A DNA stretch of 40,568 bases from Deinococcales bacterium. GTDB taxonomy: Bacteria > Deinococcota > Deinococci > Deinococcales > JAAFIG01. The notes beneath the pieces were generated by a model. That model was not told the origin of the DNA, did not search any database, and saw nothing but the letters and a program-made list of their open reading frames with translations. Below are positions 16,820-23,982 of the stretch, in pieces. How positions within the stretch are numbered: the stretch's first letter is position 1; each line of letters begins with the position of its first letter. The position numbers were made by a program, and so were the translations under genes. Where the stretch lies: NCBI GenBank assembly GCA_031418155.1, contig JANOWZ010000512.1, positions 1-40,568 of the forward strand, given 5' to 3'.

Positions 16820-18121
16820 TCACCACGCAACACCATTGACGCTCACCCCCTGGGGCAACTCGAGATTTTTAAGGCTGGCGAGGTCGAAAATTTTGGCGTT
16901 GGCTGGCGCTTGAGCCAGTAAATTCGAGAATTCTGTCGTCCCGTGCATCACGATAATAGCCTCCGCACCCTCGAGTGCCGCACCGGGTTCGACCAACAGG
17001 CTGGTCACGTGGGGCAGTTTGCGTTCGATGTATTCCTTGTTCGCACCGACCAACTTGGCGTGCTGCACCGCCGCATCGACCACTTTGATCTGGCAACCTT
17101 TACCGATCAGGCGTTCGACCAATTCGACCGCTGGACTTTCGCGCAAATCGTCCGTGCCGGGTTTGAAGGCCAAGCCCAAGACCGCAATCTTTCGCGCCCC
17201 CGTCTCAAGCACCCGGTTGGCGATCGCATCGATCTGGGCGCGGTTCGATTGTGGCAGGCTGCCCAAGAGTGGCAGGTCAATGTCGTTGGTACGTGCCGAG
17301 TAATTCAATGCCGCCACGTCTTTTGGAAGACACGAACCGCCGTAGGCGAATCCTGGTCGCAAGTAGGCCGGGGAGATGTTTAAAATCTTGTCCTCGCAAA
17401 GAAGTGCCATGACTTCGCGGCCATCGACACCCAAACCTTTCGCCAACTGCCCGATCTCGTTGGCGAAGGTGATTTTCAAGGCGTGAAACGCATTCGCCAC
17501 GCACTTCATCATCTCGGCGGCCCGCAAACCGACCGTGTGAACCGGCGCGTCAATGCTCGAGTACAACTCATTGACCGCCTCGACCGCGCAGGGATCGTGC
17601 GAACCAATCACCGTGTACGCCGGGTGATCGAAATCCTTGATGGCGCTGCCCTCACGCAAGAATTCCGGGTTGAAGGCCACGTGAACCGGAACGCCGCCCG
17701 CGTGCTTCTCGAGGATGGCGATGCAGGTGTCGGTCGTGCCGGGAAGCACGGTCGAGCGGATCACCACCGAATGCGCCGTGCCCTTCCTCGAGATGGCCGC
17801 ACCGATCTGCTCGCAGACTTTATACAGGTAAGCGTAATTGTGGCTGCCGTTCGCGTAAGACGGCGTGCCGACCGAGATGATCGAAAGGTCCGTCTCGATC
17901 ACGGCCTGCGCCCCATCGACCGTTGCTGAAATGTGCCCCGAATTGACACCGGCCTGCAAGAGTTCCTCGAGCCCCGTTTCAACAATCGGGCTGCGGCCCT
18001 CCATGATCATCTTGCATTTGTCCGGGTTGACATCCACGCCAACGACCGTGTGCCCACGTTGAGCGAAACAGGCGGCTGTGACCGCACCGACATAACCAAG
18101 TCCAAAAATACTGACCTTCAT
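16820..18121 (-). CDS. Nucleotide-sugar 6-dehydrogenase (UDP-glucose/GDP-mannose dehydrogenase family, AlgD-like N-terminus)
   Basis: MKVSIFGLGYVGAVTAACFAQRGHTVVGVDVN...GRSPIVETGLEELL closely resembles the Rossmann N-terminus of GDP-mannose 6-dehydrogenase. Catalytic Cys region GGSCLPKD; SD GGGAGG. Confidence 0.85.
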   Translation of the reverse strand: MKVSIFGLGYVGAVTAACFAQRGHTVVGVDVNPDKCKMIMEGRSPIVETGLEELLQAGVNSGHISATVDGAQAVIETDLSIISVGTPSYANGSHNYAYLYKVCEQIGAAISRKGTAHSVVIRSTVLPGTTDTCIAILEKHAGGVPVHVAFNPEFLREGSAIKDFDHPAYTVIGSHDPCAVEAVNELYSSIDAPVHTVGLRAAEMMKCVANAFHALKITFANEIGQLAKGLGVDGREVMALLCEDKILNISPAYLRPGFAYGGSCLPKDVAALNYSARTNDIDLPLLGSLPQSNRAQIDAIANRVLETGARKIAVLGLAFKPGTDDLRESPAVELVERLIGKGCQIKVVDAAVQHAKLVGANKEYIERKLPHVTSLLVEPGAALEGAEAIIVMHGTTEFSNLLAQAPANAKIFDLASLKNLELPQGVSVNGVAW

Positions 18122-18133
18122 AGTCCTCCCGGT

Positions 18134-18164
18134 CTCGAGCGTTTGTCACGAGGTTCGCTCGAGC
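18134..18164 (-). promoter_or_regulatory. Inverted repeat CTCGAGCG/CGCTCGAG in the 5' leader of the sugar-dehydrogenase operon
   Basis: 8-bp arms at 18134-18141 and 18157-18164 with a 15-nt loop, ending 3 nt upstream of the GGGAGG SD. A TAGGAT -10 candidate lies at 18191-18196 (minus strand). Confidence 0.4.
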
Positions 18165-18346
18165 TTTACCGCTGCCCTGCACAGTCTTCAATCCTAGGAC
18201 CGAACTCCATGAAGCTTGCCCGAAGTTCCTTAACGGGGCGTGAAGCAATTCAGCCGACCTTACCGTGCGGCTCGCGGAAGGCTTGGTCAACAACCACATC
18301 GCGGCAGGGAAATCATTGTGATCTGCGTACAATGCTGACGAAAGCT

Positions 18347-19165
18347 TCAGGAGCCCGATTCGGGAATACTGACATGCTCGAGGATTTGGGCTGCTGCAGC
18401 GATCGCGATCACTTCCGGGTGCTTGCCACGAACGCCAGAGACACCAATCGGCGTGGTGACTCGAGCGAAGTCTGAATCCGAAAAACCTCTGGCCTGTAAC
18501 TGAACCTGAAAGCGGGCCCATTTGGCGCTCGAGCCGATCAAACCGACATAGTCGAGGTCCGGACGGTGCAAGGCCGTCTCGAGGATGCCGATGTCTTCGC
18601 GGTGATCGTGGGTCAGGATGAAGACGAAGGCTCCGGTGCGAAGTTCGGCGAAAACAAACTCCGGTGATGGATGCTGAAAGCTGAAGGTGCGAACGTGGGC
18701 GGTGCTCGAGAGATCTGTCAGCCGTGCCGCCTCGAGCATTTCTGAGCGCGAATCGCAGAGCAGCAACTCGAACGGCAATCGGGACAGGATTCGGGCCAGC
18801 GCAATCCCGACATGCCCCATGCCGAACAGGGCAATTTGCGTTAATTCTGGTTGAACCGGCTCGAGCAAAAGTGTGACCTCGCCGCCGCAGCATTGCACGC
18901 CAAATTCGGCCGGGGCGCGTTCGGTGAGTGTTAGCTCGAGCGTTTCGGCGGTTTGCGTCCGCGCTTCGAGCATGGTTCGAGCTTTGCGAATGGCGACCTC
19001 CTCGAGATTGCCGCCGCCGACGCTGCCAGAAATGCTTTTGCTCGAGACGATCATCTTCGCGCCGGGTGCTCGAGGTGCATGACCGCGAACGTTGGCGACC
19101 GTGACGATTACGCACGGCTCACCACGGCCTATACAGGCATTCAACGCCTCGAGCCAGCCGTTCAT
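18347..19165 (-). CDS. XdhC/CoxI family molybdoenzyme maturation (accessory) protein
   Basis: N-terminal XdhC_CoxI pattern (EPCVIVTVANVRGHAPRAPGAKM...GSVGGGNLE) and C-terminal Rossmann-like IALFGMGHVGIALARIL. Start taken at MNGWLEAL (19165), 10 nt after the tsaD stop. Confidence 0.75.
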   Translation of the reverse strand: MNGWLEALNACIGRGEPCVIVTVANVRGHAPRAPGAKMIVSSKSISGSVGGGNLEEVAIRKARTMLEARTQTAETLELTLTERAPAEFGVQCCGGEVTLLLEPVQPELTQIALFGMGHVGIALARILSRLPFELLLCDSRSEMLEAARLTDLSSTAHVRTFSFQHPSPEFVFAELRTGAFVFILTHDHREDIGILETALHRPDLDYVGLIGSSAKWARFQVQLQARGFSDSDFARVTTPIGVSGVRGKHPEVIAIAAAAQILEHVSIPESGS

Positions 19166-19175
19166 GCCAGAACCT

Positions 19176-20183
19176 TCATAAGTGGGCCAACGGCCAGTAC
19201 GGTTCCACGCCGAGCGAGAAGGCATCTGGCGCATCCTCTCGAGCCGCACGAACGTACCCGGCCAGGGCGATCATCGCGCCGTTGTCGGTGTTCAACCCGG
19301 CGGGCGGAAACAGCACGCGCCAAGATTCTTTTTCGGCTTTCTCGAGGAATGCCGCTCGCAACGCCCGGTTCGCCGCCACGCCACCAGAAATCACAATCGT
19401 CTCGCGTTTCAAAGCCTTCGCCGCTCGGGTCGTCGTGCCGACCAGACTCTCAACCACCACCCGTTCAAAACTTGCCGCCAAGGTTGCCGTGCTGACCTCA
19501 AGCCTGCCCTGACCTTGAGCTTCCACCGCCAACCGCGCCGCGTTTTTCAATCCCGAGTAACTGAAATCGAAGCCAGTTTGTCCACGCAACGGAACCGTGA
19601 ACGGATAACCGTGCGCATCACCCTCGAGCGCCGCTTCAGAGATTGCGGGACCGCCCGGAAAGCCCAAGTCGAGGAGTCTTGCCACTTTATCGAATGCCTC
19701 GCCCGCCGCGTCGTCCTTGGTTGCGCCAACCAATATGTACTCACCAACTGTCGCCGAGTCAAACAAATGCGTGTGCCCACCCGAAACCACCAACGCCAGG
19801 AACGGAGGCTTGAGGCTCGGATCGCTCGCCAGGGCCGCCTGAATGTGACCCTCAAGGTGGTGCATCGTATACAGCGGTTTGTTCAGTGCAAACGCCAGAC
19901 CTTTGCCGAACATCAGCCCGACCAGCAATGAGCCAGATAAACCCGGACCTCGAGTGACCGCAATCGCATCGATCTCCTCGATCTTCACCCCGGCCTCCTG
20001 CAACGCCCGCAAGAGCACCGGATCGATCTCGCGCAAATGCTCTCGAGAGGCGAGCTCCGGCATCACCCCGCCATAGGCCGCGTGCAAGGTCTGCGAGGCG
20101 ATGACGTTCGAGAGCACCAGCCCATCCCGCACCACGCCGATGCCGGTGTCGTCGCAACTCGTGTCAATGCCCAAAACCAACAT
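19176..20183 (-). CDS. tsaD: tRNA N6-adenosine threonylcarbamoyltransferase TsaD
   Basis: MLVLGIDTSCDDTGIGVV, HHLEGHI metal site, and SGGVAAN near the C-terminus. Confidence 0.9.
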   Translation of the reverse strand: MLVLGIDTSCDDTGIGVVRDGLVLSNVIASQTLHAAYGGVMPELASREHLREIDPVLLRALQEAGVKIEEIDAIAVTRGPGLSGSLLVGLMFGKGLAFALNKPLYTMHHLEGHIQAALASDPSLKPPFLALVVSGGHTHLFDSATVGEYILVGATKDDAAGEAFDKVARLLDLGFPGGPAISEAALEGDAHGYPFTVPLRGQTGFDFSYSGLKNAARLAVEAQGQGRLEVSTATLAASFERVVVESLVGTTTRAAKALKRETIVISGGVAANRALRAAFLEKAEKESWRVLFPPAGLNTDNGAMIALAGYVRAAREDAPDAFSLGVEPYWPLAHL

Positions 20184-20189
20184 GCCTCG

Positions 20190-20195
20190 AGTCTA
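20190..20195 (-). promoter_or_regulatory. -10 box TAGACT, 6 nt upstream of the tsaD ATG (leaderless-type)
   Basis: Minus strand reads ctcgggcTAGACTcgaggcATG. Confidence 0.45.
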
Positions 20196-20279
20196 GCCCG
20201 AGTTCAAGCGGGAGTTTCGGCCCGCCCATGAAATCCCAGACCGTAAGCCCGAGCCGAAATCGAAACTTGCAAACGCCGG

Positions 20280-20285
20280 TAGATT
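20280..20285 (+). promoter_or_regulatory. -10 box TAGATT, 5 nt upstream of ATG 20291 (leaderless-type)
   Basis: Plus strand reads gccggTAGATTggttcATG. This supports the internal start rather than the ORF-track start at 20228. Confidence 0.45.
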
Positions 20286-20290
20286 GGTTC

Positions 20291-21160
20291 ATGTCTACTC
20301 AACCCGACGTTTCTCGACCAGTTGGCCCCGGAAGCCCTTTTGAAGTCTGCTTCGACCTGGATACTCGAACCACAGCCAGCATTCCCGAACACTGGCGAAA
20401 CGTTTACGGTGGCGATTGGCACGCACCGGACACCGGGGATCGCCCGTACACCTTCATCAACTTCGTGACCTCTCGAGATGGTCGCGTCAGTTTCTCCACG
20501 CCCGGTCATGTCGGTGGGGGAGATGTCAGCGGTTTTCAAAAACACGACACCTGGCTGATGGGATTCCTGCGGGCTCGGGCCGATGCCGTGATTGTCGGCG
20601 ACATGACCCTTCAGATCGAACCGGACCACATTTGGAACTCGAGGTTCATCTGTCCAAGTGATGCGCCCGCGTTCGAGGCGTGGCGATCCGAACTCGGTTT
20701 GAGGCCCGAACCGATCCAGATTTTTTTGTCCGCTGATGGCAACTGCAACCCGAACGCCGCCGTGTTTGCCCGACCAGACCTGCACATCGTCATCTGCACC
20801 AGCCAAGCCGGAGGCGCGAACGCTCGAGCCATCCCGCACCAAGGCCAACTGGACGTGCTCGAGTTCGGCAAGGACTCCGTGGACCTGCACGCCATGATGC
20901 GTGAACTCAAAGCCAAATACGGCATTCAATTCCTGCTCTGCGAGGGCGGCCCTCGAGTCTACGGATCACTGCTTGCCGCTAAACTGATCGATGACGAATT
21001 CTTGTGCCTCAGCCCCATCGTGATTGGTCAAACCCCAGAATCCACCCGTCCAAGCCTGGTTCAAGGTGTCGCCTTCATGCCCGAAAATGCGCCACACTCG
21101 AGATTGCTCAGCCTGCGTCGCGCCGAGAATCACTTGTTCCTGCGCTCGAGATACGAATAG
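20291..21160 (+). CDS. RibD C-terminal domain / dihydrofolate-reductase-like family protein
   Basis: YTFINFVTSRDGRVSF... and LLCEGGPRVYGSLLAAKLIDDEFLCLSPIVIG match the RibD_C reductase fold pattern. Confidence 0.7.
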   Translation: MSTQPDVSRPVGPGSPFEVCFDLDTRTTASIPEHWRNVYGGDWHAPDTGDRPYTFINFVTSRDGRVSFSTPGHVGGGDVSGFQKHDTWLMGFLRARADAVIVGDMTLQIEPDHIWNSRFICPSDAPAFEAWRSELGLRPEPIQIFLSADGNCNPNAAVFARPDLHIVICTSQAGGANARAIPHQGQLDVLEFGKDSVDLHAMMRELKAKYGIQFLLCEGGPRVYGSLLAAKLIDDEFLCLSPIVIGQTPESTRPSLVQGVAFMPENAPHSRLLSLRRAENHLFLRSRYE

Positions 21161-21295
21161 ATTCGAGGCTTGAAACGGTGAGCATTCGCTGCTCGAGTTC
21201 GCAAGGTTCTTCAACGTGTGACCGAACGCGTTTTCGGGAATCGTTAAGGCCAATTTTCTTCTCCGCAGAACACACTCTTACCGCAACCTCGGGCG

Positions 21296-21301
21296 TAGAC
21301 T
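21296..21301 (+). promoter_or_regulatory. -10 box TAGACT, 31 nt upstream of ATG 21333
   Basis: Plus strand reads cctcgggcgTAGACTttgtcg...gtgAAAGGAaaatccATG. Confidence 0.35.
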
Positions 21302-21332
21302 TTGTCGCATCCAAGCAGTGAAAGGAAAATCC

Positions 21333-21758
21333 ATGCGCCGAATGTTGTTCGTCTGCCTGAGTCTTCTCGGTTTCGCCTTCGCCTCTTTCGGCTCGAGTCA
21401 ATCCGGCGCAACGCAATTGACTGACGCGCAAATTCTTGAGCGTGGTCGCCTGCTGACCTACTTTTTTTACGCGGTCAATATCGAACCGGTCTTCAACCAG
21501 TTCATCCCAGAATTGCAGGCTGGTGTCGGTGGTCTCGAGGCGTTTCGTGCATACCGGCAGGGCGGCGTTGAACAGTTCGGTGATGAGTTGAAGATGCTCA
21601 AAGAGGAAGTGGTTTCCGAGAATGGCGTGATCGGGTACGTGCGCACAGCAACGTTTGTGAAACGTCCGAAGGTGGTTTGGAGTGTGATTTTCGTTTTTGA
21701 TCCGATCTCAGGTGCGGTTGTGAATTTCGGCATTGAGTTCGCGGGCAATTTGCCGTAA
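21333..21758 (+). CDS. Hypothetical secreted protein
   Basis: Signal peptide MRRMLFVCLSLLGFAFASFG; no recognisable catalytic motif. ATG 21333 with AAAGGA upstream is preferred over GTG 21318. Confidence 0.5.
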   Translation: MRRMLFVCLSLLGFAFASFGSSQSGATQLTDAQILERGRLLTYFFYAVNIEPVFNQFIPELQAGVGGLEAFRAYRQGGVEQFGDELKMLKEEVVSENGVIGYVRTATFVKRPKVVWSVIFVFDPISGAVVNFGIEFAGNLP

Positions 21759-21801
21759 AAGCAGGGGAAAGATGAAAGGGAAAGGTAAAAGCCTCGAGCC
21801 C

Positions 21802-22527
21802 TTACTTTTTTCTTTGATCTTCTGTAACGTTTCTCTGCCCTTGATCGGCAAGTGTTTTCGCCCGCTCGAGAATCGCATCGAACATGCTCGCGGTCAATCT
21901 TCCCGTTTGCGTGTTCTGACGTGACACATGGTACGAGTCCAACAGCACGCGCCCGTCCGGAAGTTGATGCTCGAGCCCATGCCCAAACTCGAACGCGGAT
22001 TTGCGCAGGCCATAGACCTCGAGCCATGCCTCGTGTCCAATCCGGCCAATACCGAGGATCACGCGCAGGTTCGCTAAGAAGTTCAGTTCCGCCTCGAGCC
22101 AGGGTCGGCAGGTTCGCAATTCTTCGGGTGAGGGTTTGTTCTCCGGCGGTGCGCACCGTCCCGCCGCCGTGATGAACAGGTCGTGCAAGCTCATGCCATC
22201 ATCTCGAGAAATGGCTTTCGCTTGCGATGCGAGTCCGGCGCGATGCAAGGCTGGAAACAAAAAATCTCCACTCGAGTCCCCGGTGAACATCCGCCCCGTG
22301 CGGTTGCTGCCATGCGCCCCCGGTGCGAGGCCCAACAACAAGATTCTGGCGTTTAGATCACCGAATCCTGGAACGGGTTTGGCCCAGTACGTCTGTTCGC
22401 GGTACGCGGCGCGTTTGACCCGGCCAACCTCTTCGCGCCAAGCGACCAAGCGAGGACAACGGGTGCAGGTCTCGAGTTTTGCGTGCAATTGCTCGAGCGA
22501 TGTTGAATTCACACGGCATTCTCGCAT
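21802..22527 (-). CDS. Uracil-DNA glycosylase, family 5 (UdgB-like)
   Basis: CTRCPRL Fe-S cysteines and motif GLAPGAHGSNRTGRMFTGD (the GLAPA/HG.NRTGR form of family 5, not the GEAPG of family 4), plus HVSRQN near the C-terminus. Confidence 0.8.
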   Translation of the reverse strand: MRECRVNSTSLEQLHAKLETCTRCPRLVAWREEVGRVKRAAYREQTYWAKPVPGFGDLNARILLLGLAPGAHGSNRTGRMFTGDSSGDFLFPALHRAGLASQAKAISRDDGMSLHDLFITAAGRCAPPENKPSPEELRTCRPWLEAELNFLANLRVILGIGRIGHEAWLEVYGLRKSAFEFGHGLEHQLPDGRVLLDSYHVSRQNTQTGRLTASMFDAILERAKTLADQGQRNVTEDQRKK

Positions 22528-22702
22528 CAAACCGGGACCGTCGGTTTTGCTTCATGAAGACTCAAACCTGAGAATTTCTAGCAGAAAGTTTGGTTTTGTC
22601 TGTAATCAAAACCCGAATTGACCAGCATCAATTAACGCCCAAGCATTCATCGGTGTTACGATGCTTTCGCAAGTGATACCAAGGTTCAAAAGGGAGGTCT
22701 TT

Positions 22703-23899
22703 ATGAACTTGTTGGACATGGTTAAAGGACAATTGACGGATTCGGTCATGCAGCAACTCGGGAGCGCCAGCGGTTTGGGTGCGGGCGATGTTTCCAAAGC
22801 GATGGGTGCAATCATCCCCACGCAACTGAGCGCCATTGTCAAGCATGGTTCCACCCCGCAGGGCGCAGAGGGCTTGATGGGCATGTTGGGCAACTTGGGC
22901 AACCTCGGCGATTTCGCCGGAATGCTCGGACAGACGGGCGGCGCGGCCAACATCGCCAAGATCGGTGGTTCGATCCTGCCCGCACTTTTCGGTGGAAACC
23001 TCTCGGGCATTGTCAGTGGGCTCGCCTCGGCAACCGGTTTGGGTTCCGGTCCATTGAACATGCTGATGGGCTTGGCCGGACCATTGATCATGGGTCAACT
23101 TGGCAAGGCCGTGACTGGTGGCGGCTTGAACGCTACCGGTTTGGCGAGCATGCTTGGCGGTCTGGCTCCACAAGTTTCGGGGATGCTGCCAGCGGGCCTG
23201 GGCAACATTCTGGGCGGTTTGGGTGGACTGGGCGCACTCGCCGGAGCTGCCGGGAACATCGGGAACATCGCTGGAGCCGCCACAGGAGCCCTCGGCAACC
23301 TGAGCGGTGCCGCCGGAGCAAACCTCGGTGATGCCGCCAAAGCCGCCGGAGCGGTCGGTGCAGGTCTCGCTGGGGCAGCCACGTCTGGTCTGGGCGGTGC
23401 GGTCAGCAGCGCAGCCTCGAGCATGGGGAACGTCGCACCAGTCGTAGCCAAGGGTGGCATGGGTTGGCTTCCAGCGGCAATCGCCGGTGTGTTGGCCTTG
23501 GGTGGTTTGGTCTGGTACTTCACGCGCCCCGCGCCGGCACCGGTTGCTGCTGATACGACCACAACTCCAAGCACAGACACCACGACCGCACCAGCAACGG
23601 ACACGATGGCCGCAGCAGCTTGCACCAAGACTTTCACGCTGTCGGTCAAAGATGGGGACACTGTGACCAACAACTTCCCATTCGGTGGCGAGGGCGAAGG
23701 CGAAGGTTACGCCGTGACCGTCACACGTTTGGATGTTCAACCTCGAGTCATCGGCACGAAGATATTGCCGCTCGATAAGGACTGCAAATTCGGGTACGAC
23801 TCGATCCCAGGCAAAGGCAAAGTCCAGTACGATGTTCGTCCAAAGAATGCGGCCCCGGACTCGACACCGATTCAAACCCTGACCTTGACCGTTAATTAA
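22703..23899 (+). CDS. DUF937-like N-terminal domain protein with long Gly/Ala-rich repeats, one TM helix and a C-terminal extracytoplasmic domain
   Basis: MNLLDMVKGQLTD...MQQLGS...AMGAIIPTQL is a DUF937-type start. About 200 aa of GxxG/AGA low complexity follow, then TM WLPAAIAGVLALGGLVWYF and a Thr-rich linker. ATG lies 8 nt after GGGAGG. Confidence 0.6.
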   Translation: MNLLDMVKGQLTDSVMQQLGSASGLGAGDVSKAMGAIIPTQLSAIVKHGSTPQGAEGLMGMLGNLGNLGDFAGMLGQTGGAANIAKIGGSILPALFGGNLSGIVSGLASATGLGSGPLNMLMGLAGPLIMGQLGKAVTGGGLNATGLASMLGGLAPQVSGMLPAGLGNILGGLGGLGALAGAAGNIGNIAGAATGALGNLSGAAGANLGDAAKAAGAVGAGLAGAATSGLGGAVSSAASSMGNVAPVVAKGGMGWLPAAIAGVLALGGLVWYFTRPAPAPVAADTTTTPSTDTTTAPATDTMAAAACTKTFTLSVKDGDTVTNNFPFGGEGEGEGYAVTVTRLDVQPRVIGTKILPLDKDCKFGYDSIPGKGKVQYDVRPKNAAPDSTPIQTLTLTVN

Positions 23900-23920
23900 A
23901 CCTCGAGTTTTCAAGCTTGG

Positions 23921-23949
23921 ACCGGGAGAATCTTCCCGGTCTTCTTTTT
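23921..23949 (+). terminator. Rho-independent terminator after the DUF937-like gene
   Basis: ACCGGGA (23921-27), loop gaatct, TCCCGGT (23934-40), followed by cttcttttt. Confidence 0.7.
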
Positions 23950-23969
23950 GGCTGCCCTCAGACCTGCGG

Positions 23970-23975
23970 TATGCT
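23970..23975 (+). promoter_or_regulatory. -10-like TATGCT, 7 nt upstream of the glnS ATG 23983
   Basis: Plus strand reads ggTATGCTcgagcagATG. Confidence 0.3.
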
Positions 23976-23982
23976 CGAGCAG

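Noticed and set aside
21759-21801. Terminator hairpin around the CTCGAG at 21793 between convergent genes
   Set aside because: The flanks (GTAAAAGC / GCCCTTAC) pair poorly. Only the palindrome core is self-complementary, and it cannot form a hairpin without a loop.
22592-22613. Inverted repeat GGTTTTG-8nt-CAAAACC between the UDG and DUF937-like genes as an operator or small RNA terminator
   Set aside because: It is only a 7-bp A/T-rich stem with no adjacent U-tract or recognisable promoter geometry. The evidence is insufficient to call.
22498-23415. Largest CTCGAG-free gap (~920 bp) as evidence of foreign DNA
   Set aside because: The gap covers an intergenic region and the Gly/Ala-rich tract of the DUF937-like protein. 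That tract has almost no Leu-Glu, Ser-Ser or x-Arg-x opportunities, so composition explains the gap.
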